Part shown: piece by piece, positions 16,668 through 31,980 of the stretch
How positions within the stretch are numbered: position 1 is the stretch's first letter
Layout: every line of letters starts with the position of its first letter
Assembly: GCF_009914755.1 (NCBI RefSeq)
Contig: NC_060927.1
Length of the DNA: 64,000 nt
Source of the DNA: the human T2T-CHM13v2.0 reference genome, Homo sapiens
Strand: one strand, 5' to 3'
The notes under the pieces: generated by a model
Told to the model about the DNA's origin: nothing
What the model saw: the letters and a program-made list of their open reading frames with translations, nothing else
Databases searched by the model: none
Made by a program: the position numbers and the translations under genes

Positions 16668-16737
16668 CTTCTGACCATCATGCTCAAAAGTTGAAAACCA
16701 AGGTTCAGCAGTTTCCATAAGTTGTGAGAACACTGCA
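16668..16737 (-). CDS. TBC1D5: TBC1D5 coding exon, 70 nt: AVFSQLMETAEPWFSTFEHDGQK
   Basis: Acceptor ttttatttttag|T, donor AAG|gtaaat; preceded by an 88-nt intron; lies in ORF 16596..16835. Confidence 0.96.
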
Positions 16738-16825
16738 CTAAAAATAAAATAACACAATGCTATGTAACTTTCATTAAAATAATGATGGTATAAAAAAATA
16801 AAACAAAGAAAGTTTTTGTACTTAC

Positions 16826-16876
16826 TAGGCATCATGTTCCAGATACTCAGGGTTCAAGACAGTTTTCATTTCCTCA
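16826..16876 (-). CDS. TBC1D5: TBC1D5 coding exon, 51 nt: EEMKTVLNPEYLEHDA(Y)
   Basis: Acceptor gcttttttaag|T, donor CTA|gtaagt; 1+48+2 nt. Confidence 0.95.
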
Positions 16877-17483
16877 CTTAAAAAAGCAATACAAGCAATC
16901 AAAATGTGTAATTTTTGAATAATTAAAGAGGCAGAGTTTGCCTTATTCTATATAAGACAACTTTCATATAATATGCAAACGAAAAAAATTAGTCTTTTTT
17001 AATGAAAAGAGCAATGCCATTAACAAATGATATGCTTTCTTTCTATAAAGATCAAAAACAAATTAGCTGCCTTGTCTATGCCTCTATGCGACATGAACTA
17101 TCTAATTATTCCAAATAAATACAGAATTTGACAATATATTCCTTGACTATGATTCATCTAGAATAATCAATTAATCCACAATCTATCACTTGTTGTCCAA
17201 AAGAACAAAAAGGTAGTTACTGGTCAAATATGCAATATCAAAACATTGATTTATTTTCTTTAACTGGATTTATTTTCATTTTATCAGTCAACTTATCAGT
17301 GACAACACCTCTTAAGCATTTATTTTACTTTTTAACAGATTGAATCAGCTGAAGAAGCAGGTCCAACACATTTAAAAGCTATTTTCAATCACCTATATTT
17401 TTTTGTAAATTATATTCTACATGCACATTTTTTAAAGAGCTGCTGTCTGAAGAATACACTCACATGTTAAAAAAAAAATGGCA

Positions 17484-17816
<333 letters not shown>

Positions 17817-18721
17817 TTAGAATAACTGAAGTGAAAGCAAGTTATATATGGTTATACTATTGTCAAGATTAAAAAAAAAACTCAGTAAAATTAGCAAAGC
17901 TTCAAGGAAACTTGAAAATACTAATCTATAAACTAATAGACAAAAGTTAATTTAACAAAGGCCTGAATATATGCTCAGCAAAGTGGATGGCTATATTTGA
18001 TTAATAAAGATCTTATAATCAGATATGTGAAATGTTATCTGCAAGTTTTCTGTTTACTGCATATAGATGCGCTGGCCTGATGAATACTCCTGGACACAAC
18101 CTGACAGTCCCAGAGCCCTCCATTTCCAAAATGATTTTCTGAAGGCCCCAAAGTTAGGGTATCTTAAGTTAGAAAAATGAATTCTAACAATTAGCCTAAG
18201 TTGAATCCAATTACAAAAGTTATTTGCAGGAAAGAATAAATGAATATATCTAAAAAATTTGAGAAGCAATTTTGTTTATTTACAGACTGAGGTTCTTTGT
18301 GGCTCCTTATGAATTAAGCTGAGTCAAACCTGATGAGGAGAGATAATCTCATATATAAAGTCTTATTCAACTTGGAGTAAAAAATGGATCATTGAGCATG
18401 ATATATATGGATAATATCAATCATTAGCACTTTTGTGATTACAACAAAAATTTTCCATTCTTGATCCATTACTTACATGTCTTCCTTTGATACAGAATCA
18501 AGAATTCCAAAGACATTTATGATTCTAAATTTGCCCCATAGCTAAACTGGCCTAACAACAATTAAGTAGAATTAACAATTAACCACATGAAACACAATCA
18601 AATGTTTACAACTTGTACAGCTTGTAAGTACCTTCCATTTAGAAGATTTTGAGGTTTCAAAAACAAAGGTTACCGTGGGGGCTAAAAAACAAATGGAGCT
18701 CATATTAAAAAAAAAACTTGC

Positions 18722-18810
18722 CTGGGCTGTGCAGACTCACTGGCATGTAGAAAAGCTTGGTGGTCACAGTGAAGGACAAAGACTATAGGTGCTAACAGTT
18801 CGTGCATGCC
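18722..18810 (-). CDS. TBC1D5: TBC1D5 coding exon, 89 nt: GMHELLAPIVFVLHCDHQAFLHASESAQP(S); ends at a GC donor
   Basis: Acceptor cttttatttcag|GGC; continuity with the next exon (AG+T=Ser) requires donor CAG|gcaagt. Confidence 0.93.
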
Positions 18811-20379
18811 CTGAAATAAAAGAGCCAGAAAAATGAAAGAGATGGATACTCAGAGTCCATTAGTGGACAGTATAAACTCAGTTAAATACTTCTTCAAACC
18901 AATTCCCACTAGCAAAATTTCCACATTACATAGAAACACATAAAAACGGAAAGCTACAAGATGAGATTTTTATCTACGTTCAGAATTTGATTCTAATTCA
19001 ACCACAGCAGGTATTCTTCTTTAAAATATGGAGAGCAGTTCTCTTTTAAATGACATGACAAACAATAAATTGGCATGGTAGATAACCTTGCACCTGTCAG
19101 TTGCTTCAAGATCTGTACTCATAAATATGAATTTCATTTATGCAAATTATAATCATGAGCTACAGTGTTAAGATCTGCAGTAAGAAGGGCAACTAAGAAC
19201 TGTAGACCTAAGGAAATTACATCCAATGTTTTCATTATATAATGGCTCAAAATTAGGATGTCTGTAGATTTAGGAAGTGCTGAAGTCAGCTAGCTAAAAT
19301 GTTGGATAATAAAAGAAACAACCTTAAGAAGGTATGACAGAAAATAAACTTGTTAAAATAGGATTTAACATGTTTAATCAGAAAACTACCGTAATTTTTT
19401 CCTGTCTACTTAAATTCTAGGATTAATTTCAATTTATTTAATGATTTCACCAATACGATTTTCCTCTTTATATTGGTTTTCACCAAAAACAGGAATAGAA
19501 ACAAAAAGGTATAATATTAGTTACTAAGCTGTCCTTAAAAGGGTACTAAAAAAAATCCATTACTGATCCATTATTGTGGTGACATACAGTATTCCACATT
19601 ATGGCTACCTTTGCTAATTGAGATTTCTTTCCCCCTTAAGCATCGAAAAACATTTCAGCAAGTTAAAACAGATTATAATCTTTCCTGTCTCTTAAAGTGA
19701 GCAAATTACTACTTTCCTTTTGCTTAGTAACTAGGGATGCTCTTTTATAAAAAGACAAGACAAAACACCACTTTTAGAGGAAATAAAAATAAAATACGAA
19801 AGCAGAGAGGAGATAAATATTTTGCTGGTAGAATTAGAGAAGACTTCCTATAATGGATGAACAGAGTCACATAGTCCTCTGCACAGTCTAGTAGTACTGT
19901 ACTATTCTTAGAAAGCCAATTGTTATCATAAAGATAATATGCAAGTTAACTTTTTCAGACTTCATGTATAAGTTATCACTAGCTTTGAATTAAAAAGATT
20001 TAGTTATATTTTTACAAAACAATTTATGATTCATTGACAATTTACTTGTGATTTAGGACAAATGACCACATATCATTTCAATCTTTATAGGTAACCATCT
20101 CCTTATTAAACAAACCTTGAAAAAAATCTTTCAGATAACATGTTAGACACCTAGAAAAATGACATTAAGCATTACTAACTCTGCTTTAAAAATCATGAAG
20201 GGTTTACTCTCTTGGAATAGTCTCAAGTTACTCCAAAAAGAAAGTGCCATAATTTTAATCATTAAAATAATAAATAAGTATTGTATTAATAGAAAAGTAT
20301 GGAAAAGCAAAAACCAAAATAAGAAAATGATAAAGGGGGAGAAGGAGGCCAGACAAAAACCAAAAGTTAAGAAATAAAT

Positions 20380-21650
20380 TTAAAACTCCAATAGATATCC
20401 TTGTGATCTTTTTTTGCCTATTTCTGAGGATTTCTCCAGTATTGAAGTCCTTGGAAGTAGAATTTCAGGGTAAAGGGGTAAAAATATGTGTTAAAGTCTG
20501 GTAGGATGTATACCATTAAGCTGTCTCCAGAAAGAATTCCCTCAGTGAAGAATATAAAAATCACTCTCTCACACATCCTCACCTATATTCAGAGTGTTTT
20601 AAAAAAATTTTGTCAAGTTTCACAGTTAAATTGTTATAGTTTATTTAAATGCTAGCAAGATTGAACCCCAAAATTTTATTGACCGTTTTTACTTAATAAA
20701 TTGCCCTTTTTCTCCTCATGAAATGTTTCGTTTCCTTGGTGATGTCTAATAGTTCTATACCAATGAAAGGTATTAACCCTTTGTAATTTTTGTTACAAAC
20801 ATTTTACCATGCTTATCATTAGTCTTACTTTTGATTTCTATGATATATCATACTGACATTATACACTTTAGTCAATACAATAAATCATTCTTCATGGTTT
20901 CTATTTTGCTTTCATGCCTATAAAGACCTTCCTTATATTGAGATTAGGAAAGAATACAGTTTCCTTTTTTTTTTTTCAGTTAATTCTTCACTTAACTGAT
21001 ATAAGTTTAATTTTTGCCATGAAAATAAGTATGTTTTTCTCCAAAAGAATTACACCAATTTACTGATTAATCATTCCATCTTCAATAAATTCAATCTATT
21101 CAATAAGCTGAATAACCCATCTTCTCCCCAGAGTTCTGAAATGCCATCTTTAGTAAAAAATAAATATTTAGCTTACATTTTTTCCAGGCTTTCACTGTGA
21201 AATACATTGGTTTGTATACTATTAACAATAACTGTACCATTATAAAGATTCGACCTTTAAAATATTCTAATATTTCCTATTTTCTGCTCCTTTTTTTTTT
21301 CAAATTTATCTTGATGATTCTATTTTTTTATTCCAGGCTATGTCATTATCATGTAGGTTACATAAAATGGTAAACAAAACATTACAATTGTTATTGGCAT
21401 TGCATTTAAATTAACTTGAGGAGAGTATTTTTAAGAACATCAGATTTTCCAATCCAAAAATTTGCAGAACTGCATAGTTCTTACTAGGTTTATCATGAAG
21501 TTTTCTTTCTTTGCTGTCAGTGGGATGCCCTTTTGAAAGAAATAGTGCTTTTTCCCCAAAATATATTTTATAACAAGTTATGGCTAGTTTAATAAGAGTT
21601 CTTGTCTAAATGGATCTTTCCAACTTTAAATGTTCTCTTCCTTCTAGTTT
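20380..21650 (-). mobile_element. Highly degraded L1ME-type sequence
   Basis: T-rich antisense L1-like phrases (gaagtagaatttcagggtaaaggg; attggcattgcatttaaatt); boundaries approximate. Confidence 0.45.
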
Positions 21651-21829
21651 CTGTTACACCACTCTGTCTAGATTCTCCATTAATCATTCACGTATTGCAA
21701 AAACTATTAAATGCCTATATTTGCTGTGGACACAAAAGTGAATGAAGTGGGCAAGTTCCTAACTTCGATGGAGCTTGTGGTCTAGAAAGAAAGGAACAAA
21801 ATAATAAAATGAGCACAGAAATGACTATA

Positions 21830-22190
21830 CAATAGTCCCTCATTATGTGCAGGAGATATATTCTAAGACCTCCCAGTAGATGCCTAAAACTGTAAATAGT
21901 ACTGAAAACTACACATACCATGCTGTTTTTATACATACACCTGTATGACAAAGGTATTAAAATTATGATTTAAATTAAAGATTATAAATTAGGCACACTA
22001 AGATTAACAACAATTAATAAGAATAGAACAATTATAACAATATAGTGTAACAATATTATGTGATTGTGGTTTCTCTCTCTCTCTCTCTCAAAATATCTTA
22101 TTGTACCATACTCAACTGTTTTTGAATGATGGTTGACTGCAGGTAACTGAAACCACAGAAAGTGAAACTGCAGGTAAGGGCGAACTACTG
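21830..22190 (+). mobile_element. MER44A-like (Tigger7) MITE with TA TSD
   Basis: TIRs caatagtccctc...agggcgaactactg flanked by TA; internal (CT)n and aaaatatcttattgtac. Confidence 0.85.
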
Positions 22191-22235
22191 TACTGTACTG
22201 TACTGCAGGTAAGAATGGACACTGTACAGCTGTGA

Positions 22236-22237
22236 CT

Positions 22238-22291
<54 letters not shown>
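22236..22291. repeat. (TG)n microsatellite
   Basis: Direct reading. Confidence 0.95.
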
Positions 22292-22294
<3 letters not shown>

Positions 22295-24369
22295 CACATC
22301 CAGATCCTACCACAGGCCCAGCACAAATAAGGTACTCACTACATATTGACTGAATGAATGCAATATCTACCACTTAGTATATCCACATAGTGAAAAAAGC
22401 TAAGCTACAATATGAAAAAAGAATAGCATTAAATCATATTTCAAATTAATAAATAAAGGTGTTCTTGGCAGAATGGAAATTAAGTCTTTTGAATACCATT
22501 AAAACTATTTTACAAGCTCAGTTTTGACTTTCATCTAAACTAGGGATTTTTTTTCAAATACCTAAAATTTTGAGATTTTTGGTTTTGCTATCAATTCTAG
22601 ACTAGTAAAACCTGTTTAATAATTACAAATGGCAATTACATAGACATCTTTAAAAGAAAAGAGAAATACCAGAAATAATAATCATGAATTCAATATGCTA
22701 CAAATTTGACAAAACGTAATAGAAAATAATGTATTGATAGTACGCTTCTGGTTCCCAAAATGTATATTTTGCTTCCACCTATATTGTCAGCATTTCTGCC
22801 TGCTTAAAAGCCTTTATCCCTGCTAGATTGTTAGTAGTCACTGCACTCCAAACTCATGCCAGTTGAAAATAAAGGTAACAAAAGTTTTCTTCAACAGCCT
22901 GTAGGTTCACAAAATTGAACCTGTTCTTTTATCTGCCTGTGTTCATTTAGCCCACCAAGCAGTCTTTATTAAAGCTAAGGCATCAGGCAGTCAAAGTTCA
23001 TTAATACCATTTATATAATCTCTGCAATTTCAATTAACTCAGCAAGACATTCTACTACATGATAACAGTCTCATTAATTCAATAAAATCCCATAACTATT
23101 AACAATATGGTCGATGTTTAACAGGGTGTCACCTAGTACAAAATAATAGCTTTAACAGCTTGTGATGAAACTTAAGGTTTTTTCTTAAATTTGATCTGGC
23201 TAAATATTCAGTCCTTCTACAGCAAGGTATTATTTTTCTGTAAAAAATCTATAGGATTTTAAACATGTACAGGGAGTAATTAAATATTTTAAAATGACAC
23301 CCAGGAGTAAGTTAATAATAGTTTCTAATTTAGTAATTGATAGATTTTTGTCTAAATGGATCAAGAACCTGATCTTCCATATTCCTGAGTAGTCCTCTAT
23401 ACAAATGCAGTGGGCCACATACATCACAAATGGTAGATGGAGTGCACAGTTATTATGTTTTTGTTCCTTGTCCATAGAACTTGTTTCCATTATTATAAGA
23501 CTTCCTTAATCTATTTTTTCTTTCTCTAAAAAAAATTGGAAAACAGATGTGTAATTTGGGATAACTTTATCCTGATTTGATTCACTATCATCAAGTCTTT
23601 TACTACGGGGTATTTTCAAGTAGTTAAAGGAAAAGAGGAAATAACAAAGAGATAAGGTTCACAATGAAAGCCAACATAATGAAAAGAAAGCAGAAAAACA
23701 AAATCCTGGAATCTGTGATAAAGATTTTAAGCTAATGAACTAATGCAGCAGAACTATTTACTCCCAGACTTCATGTGAAGTGTGTTAACAATCTCTTTAC
23801 AGTTTAAGCCATTTTAAACGGGGTCTTCTGCTATTTGCTCCCAAAAGAATTCTACACTAATAGATTTTTTCCCCCAGTCTCCTTTTTGGTTTGTTTTTAG
23901 TCTTTCGACTTTTTATCCGACTTGTAGATGAGTCTACCTTGCTTGCGAGGGCCTTTCCTAGTCTGAGATTACAAAAAAATTTCTCCTAAATCTTCTAGTA
24001 TTTTTATATACTTTAAGTTTTTATATTTATATTTTTACACCATCTGGAATTTATTCTCCAATAAATGTGTAATTTAATGGTTTTTCCAGACGGAAATCCA
24101 CATATAGCACGTCAATATCCTTTTCTTTATTTTACCATATTCAGATCCCATATATAACTGAACCTGTTTCTAGACTGTTTCACTGAACAATGGTCAATTC
24201 ACATAATACTGTCACATTAGTTTGATCACAGAACCTTTATAGAAGTTTTAATATCTATATTTCCCATTATCCCTTTCCCACAAATTCTATGGTAATTCCA
24301 ACACATTTAATAATTATTATAATGATGATGATAATAAAAACAACCACAACTACCAACATGAACCTTTGC

Positions 24370-24545
24370 TTGGCACCAAATGTTAACTCTAGAAAGTAAT
24401 TACTATTATTACCCTCATCTTACAGATGCAAAACTAAAGATTAAAAAGGTTAAGTAAATTGTCTAAGATTGTGAAGTTAGTAAATGACAGAGGTGAGATT
24501 CGAACAAAGGAATTTGTGTCTACACTCAGTGCTTTTAATCCCTAA
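24370..24545 (-). mobile_element. MIR
   Basis: attattaccctcatcttacagatgcaaaactaaag...aggttaagtaaattgtctaag. Confidence 0.7.
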
Positions 24546-24764
24546 ATTATATTATCTCCGTTAAAATAAGTGTAACATTTTTAGGCACTAAATTTAAAAT
24601 AACTGTATCCAGTTTTTTAAAAAAAACACGTATCTTACTCAGGTTATCACTGGAATGATAATTCATTTAAACATAAAGAAGTAATATTTTTACTTAAAGT
24701 CTTCTCATCCAAAAACATGCTATTTTTCTATTTATTCGATTCTTGCTTTATATCCTTGAATAAC

Positions 24765-25078
<314 letters not shown>

Positions 25079-26113
25079 TAGCTTTTGTATCTTTATTGTT
25101 AATTTTTTTCTAGACATGTTATAGCTTTTGGTTGCCCTTATAAATGCAATATATTTTTCATTTCCAATTCTAATAAGCTATTGTCAGCAGTTAATTAATA
25201 CAGAAAAATATTACTATTAAAAATAAGATAAAATTAGTTCCCTTGGGTATTCTATGTATATACAATAATTAAAAATGTACGATTTGGTATATTTGTAGTC
25301 TGAAATGTTTTACTATCCTTAAATCTAGTTTATTTCAAATTAAATACACTGCTTTTACCATTAAGTGTTTTCTATTATATTAAATTTAAGTTCAGTGGTC
25401 CTGAATTAGGTATACATTATAACTTTTGATTATTAGAGAATTTAAGAATTTAGCTTGAATTCTCACTTAATTTGCATTTGGAGAAATACATAAAAATACC
25501 CAAGTGTGTGTATTTTTATTAGAACACCATAAACTTAAATAAAAAATGTAAATATATCTGTATATATTAAATAATTTACATTTCAATAAAATAAAACAAC
25601 CCAATAATCTTCTTTGCTTTAGTAATGAGACGAGTCAAATAACAGGATCACAAAGGAACTAAATACACATTTCAAAAAATTTAAAGAAACTTTCTGAAGT
25701 TCTATTACTGATAAGTTTTAAAAGGTAATAGGATACTTGATTATTTTTTACATGACATGTCATATATTTATAAATGCTATACTTAAAAATAATATTTGTA
25801 CATACAACTCTGAAATTTTATTACTAGATTGCCTTCAAAGATGCTGTTTATAAACAAACTCCCAGAAGTTGAAAGAAAAGATTGAACACCTTCTAGAAGA
25901 CAATTTGGTGGAATGTCTTATAATGAGGAAGAAGCATATGTGCTTCAATGAGCTTACCTTTCTCACCATGCAGCTGACAAGCAACTCTCTGATTGCTTTA
26001 GCATTATGATACAACTTTGGATACAATAAAGGCTACATTATTGCTCTATCATTTGTCAAGCTGTATAGAAAATTTTGAGTCAATGGATGCCACCTGTAAG
26101 ATATTTTCATTAC

Positions 26114-26216
26114 CTGTTTATAAAGCAACTGCTCGTTTTCTCTGGCATAACAGAAAAGAACATCTGTAAGAATTTTTCTCACATTTTCTTGCTGGAAAAA
26201 CTGCATTTCAGGAAAC
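26114..26216 (-). CDS. TBC1D5: TBC1D5 coding exon, 103 nt: FPEMQFFQQENVRKILTDVLFCYARENEQLLYKQ; glutamine finger YxQ
   Basis: Acceptor ttttctttttccag|G, donor CAG|gtaatg; 1+102 nt; lies in ORF 26033..26299. Confidence 0.97.
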
Positions 26217-28635
26217 CTGGAAAAAGAAAATACAAGATTGAAACTGACTAACACAGTTTCAAGAATCACTCTCAAATTCTCATCTCGAAGACGTGCCAAG
26301 GGCTGCTTCAGGTTTTAGAACAAGCCTGTGTTTGCCATGTAACTTATGCCTTTAGTGGGGACTGAAAAAGGAGTGAGGCAAGGGGAAATAATTACATCCC
26401 AGAGGTAAATTACATCCTTCAACATATTCACATTTCAAATTTTTTCGCATGCTTCATATACTTCACACATATGTGAATATGATAGCTTTTGAATCATATT
26501 CTACGTGTCTGCAGATGGGGAGTTGCTTTGTTTTAGCCCACTGGTTTTTAGGATAAGAATGTGATTTTGTAAAAGTACTAATTTTTTTCAAAAAAAGATT
26601 GTCATTCTTTTTCCTTGATGTAAAATAGCGACACTTCAGTTATTACATATAACCACCTTATCAGCCTTTCATCTGATTACAATATAGACTTCTAAATATT
26701 TATTTATAATGCAGTAAAACACCACAACTGCAAGAACCCAAAGAGAAAACCCACAGCAACACAATACACAATGAATGTATAAGGGCCGAGGGAATGTCAT
26801 CTAGTAGTAGTAGTCAACTGGGTTTAATCACAGAGAGTTTGAACAATAATTTTTAGGAGAGGAGGAACATGGAACATCAGTGGAAAAGGTAATCAAAACA
26901 GAAAGAAAGATATGAAGGCACAGAAGGCAATGGGTATTTCAAGAATGCAGCATAACATGGTAATTATTAATCAGAAGGAAAAGACAATTCCATGAAATAC
27001 TGCCTGCTGGGAGCAGGACAGTGGGATAGAAGAAAAGGTGGAGTAAGGCTGGAAAGAACTTTGAATGCTGAATTTCCAACTATGGAAACACAGCATAGTA
27101 AATGTATATTTTTGAATAAGGAAGTGATAAAGAAAACAGTATTTTAATTTAACTCTATGGAGGAATAAACCTGAAAGAGTAGCATAGGAAGGACTTAAGA
27201 GTGCATTATAATAAAGTGAAATTTAAAAGTCCCAAACCCAAGTAGAAAAGCCTGTGTTCAAATTCATGTTGCATAATTTCTAGTTATGCAACCCTGAGTG
27301 AATGATTGCTTAACTGCCTCATCTATTAAGCAGGGATAACAATACTGATCTTGTGATCAAGATAAAATCATGTAAGAGCACCAAGAACGGTGCCTAACAA
27401 GTAGCAGATATTCAGGAATAAGACGCCATTATTATAATAGTATTTGAGTAATGATACTTTAGGTAATGAGATTGCAAATCAGGTGGCTTTGGAACTAAAA
27501 AATGGGAGAAAATGTGAGAGAGTAGAGAGGAAGATGACCTAGAGCATGAAGGCATAGAGCATTATTGAAACAGAGAAACATTCCTTAATGAGTCTTTTAA
27601 GAGCAGTAGTGGCTGTTTTATGTTTTACATCATATTATAATGGTTTACTGCCTCCCATTTCTGAAGACCTCAGCTATTTTATGCTTCACTCTGCTACTTT
27701 GTTGGTGCCTTGGACAGTTATAACTTTCTAGTCCAAGCTAGGTTTTTGGTGAATTGTGCTAGAGATCTGTGAAGCATCTTTTTTTCTGGTCCTAATTTTT
27801 TAAATAAATTAAGGTCCATTTTACATTCATCTGTTCATTTGACTTTTGCTTACAACTCTCTTTTGCAACTGCCCAGACAGGTTTGGTTTTTTGTTTTTTT
27901 TTTCCTACCTTTTCTGTGGCAGCAAGGAAGCCTCTTTTTGGGGGGCCAGTAAACAAACTAAGGATCTGAGCAAGGTCGCTTCACATATTTGCATAAAGCT
28001 TAATGTGATGATCTCCCAGGCAGTCCCTATCCAGGAATCAGAGTTCAAATAGGGGTGGCACAATTAACTTCTAAAGAAGAGAAAAAGTAACCTGAAGAGT
28101 AAGCATATGTCAGAGAAGCCAAAGAAACTGCAGAATGATGTCAAATGCACTGAAGTAGGCAAGAAACACAAAAACTTTTAAAATGTCATTTTGAAACAAA
28201 AGAAAGTTGCTAAAGCCCTTAAAAATCAAATATCCCAAATTAATCAGGATAAAAGATAGGTAAGTAGTTAATAAAATAACTTGGTATAGAGAAATATCTT
28301 GGGAAACTTAGCCATTAAGCTACGAATAGAATAATACTTTTGAGAGGTGAAATTTTCTCTCCTTCTCATTATATAACATAAATTTAACTCTGTCTTCAAG
28401 TAGGCTTCATTCCCAAAAATCTGGATCACCTGACTTAATAATTTTGCACGTCCCCTTCCTCATCTATTCTTTGGAAATTTTCTACACACATTGGCACAAC
28501 CAAATTCTGTGTAGCTGTTATAATCTAAAATTGATTATGAAAGAAAGTACTAAAAACTACTACATTAACTTTGCAAAGAGTATCCATAAACTATAAATAA
28601 TTTAATACCTAAAAACTAAAAATGTAAAGTATACC

Positions 28636-29031
28636 TGTTAAGTCAACTTTAGGCTGAAGCTGCCTCCTTACATATTTTAAGTTCAGCCTAAAGGTTTCTT
28701 TGCACATCGTGAACTATAACAAGTGGAGGTGTAAACAGACCACAGCTTACACGTCTGCCAATCATTGAGTTTTGGCCAATCAAATGTAGCCAACTGTTCA
28801 ACCCATGTTCAAATAAGGCAAACACCAACCTGTAACCAATCCAGCTGTTTCTGTACCTCACTTCTGTTATCTGTATGTCACTTTCCTTCTTCTGTCTATA
28901 AATCTTCCACTACGTGGCTGTGCTGGCGTCTCTGAGCCTACTCTGACTCGGAAGGCTGCCCAATTCACGAATCGTTCATTGCTCAATTAAACTCCATTAA
29001 ATTTAATTCGGCTGAAGTTTTTCTTTTAACA
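28636..29031 (+). mobile_element. MER57-family solo LTR (ERV1)
   Basis: TG...CA termini, 396 bp, three CCAAT boxes, TATAAA, ATTAAA, terminal tttttcttttaaca. Confidence 0.85.
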
Positions 29032-30529
29032 CACTGTATATCAATTCCTGGTTTCATTTAAATGCATACCAACCACTTTCAAGATTAAAAACTACAGATC
29101 TAAAAGAATTCAATTGCAAGTAGTAATTTAAATTGTCTACTTTTAGCAAATACCAAATCAACTGAAAATATGTATTATGCAGACATAGCATATCTATGAA
29201 ACAGCACACCAACTATGATTCTGCTCTACAATGCTGAAGTGCTAATTTGTGAAGTTTCATGGCACTCTCTTTGTTAGAAAACTATAACTTGTTCTTTAAA
29301 TGATGAAGAATCCATTGCATCGAATAAGTAAGGTAGAAAGATAGAGAAAAGCTCTGAAAAAGAAGTAAAGTTTTCAAAACTATTTCAAAAGTTGGAAAAA
29401 GAACTGAAAATCAGAGTTTTGTGCTGAGTCTTTGGAGATTATCCAGTCCAACTCAGAGATTAACAGGCAAGTAAACAGAAGCACAGAGAAATAATACCTG
29501 TGCCAAGGTATCTGGGTAGTTAACAGAACAGCAGCACTTTCCAACTGCTTCCCTAATCAGTTATAAATTAATCTGAGAAATGCATTTAGGTAAAATTCCA
29601 TTGACTTTAGAGTTACACATAAGAACCTAGCTCTGAAGGTTGATGAATATACCTAGACAATAACATAGTTCCTACAAAAAATACTTGATGGTCACAGTAT
29701 CAGGATTCAATCCAGAAGATGTTACATTTATAGGTATAAGAAATGTGGGAGAAAAAGTACAGTGAGTAGCATTTCTAGGAATAGTAATAATCTGTTTTTG
29801 ATGATATGTTGTAAGTTTCAAAATAGCTTCCCTACCACTCATTACACTTCTAGGTTTTATTTACCCCTTGCTAGATGGTGTGGATTCAGGCTAGGTAAAG
29901 TAATTTGAACATCAGTCTAACCCAAATATCATTGGAAAGGCAAATCTGTTTTTGAAACATAATTAAAAGCACAGAATACTAACCACACTAGATGCAACAA
30001 TCATTCAGGTTTTGAAAAATCAACAATGATGTTACAGTTTCATGAAAATAAAGAGAGAAATTTAGAATTAAAACTGTAGAGGTTCATAATTTATTCAAAC
30101 CAAAATATCTGGTAGGAAAATAAAACAGAAAGGAAAAAAATCACATTAAGTAGGAACTGGAAACAAATTTTATTATTAACAGAAGGTCTTTCTTTCTACA
30201 TTTGTCCATAAAATAAAAATTGAGATGTAAAATAGGTGAGGGCGAAACTCTAAAAATAGAGATGAACAGCAAAGATTAAGTAGTCCATAATGGAATTTAG
30301 ACTAAAATAGTCTTAAATCCTTACTTTAGGGTAAAAGTCATATTTCAGTTTAGACTCAACTGATCAGTATTGATAATATAGAAGTTTCTCTCTCAGATGT
30401 GTGAAGAAACCATATTTAAACAAATTTTACATAGTACACAATAATAACAAGAGCCATCACAAACATGTGGTGTGTAAGTTTTGTTTTCTATCTTGAAATA
30501 AACCAAAATTGGTAGGCAATATAGGTTTA

Positions 30530-31490
<961 letters not shown>

Positions 31491-31519
31491 CTTGTCTCAT
31501 CTATAGATGACATAATTTG

Positions 31520-31980
31520 AGAACATGTTTGCAAATTCTTTGATACTCCTCCCATAGAAAGATGAAAGAGTCTGACTCTCTTCCCTTTGAGTATGTGCTG
31601 CCCTTAGTGACCAGTTTCTCAAAAAATAAACGTGTCAAAAGTGGTGGTGGAACACAGCTTCTGTCTGGCTCTCTCTGGACACATTCTCAGAACCAGACCA
31701 CCATGCTGTAAGGAAGCCAAACAGCCATATGAAAAGGCCATCGCGGGTGTTCTCACCACAGCTCCAGAGGAGGTCTCACCTGAGAGCCAGCTTCAATAAC
31801 CAGACAGGTGAATGAGCAAACCTTCAGATGATTCCAGACCCTGGACTTCAAGCTACCCCAGCCAACACCATGTGCAACAGAGATGAGCCATCCTACTGAG
31901 CCCTGCTCAAGTTGTAGATTCAACAACAAAATAAATTCTGTTGTTTTAAACTTGGGGTGATTTCAATGCAGTGGTAAGTT
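31520..31980 (+). mobile_element. MLT1 (MaLR) LTR, G/H-like
   Basis: aggaagccaaacagccat...ccttcagatgattccag...cagagatgagcc...aataaattctgttgttttaa. Confidence 0.7.

Noticed and set aside
26061-26113. Separate cassette exon 25958-26060 using acceptor ttttctatacag
   Set aside because: It would leave a 53-nt intron, below the usual human minimum; retained only as an alternative-donor hypothesis.
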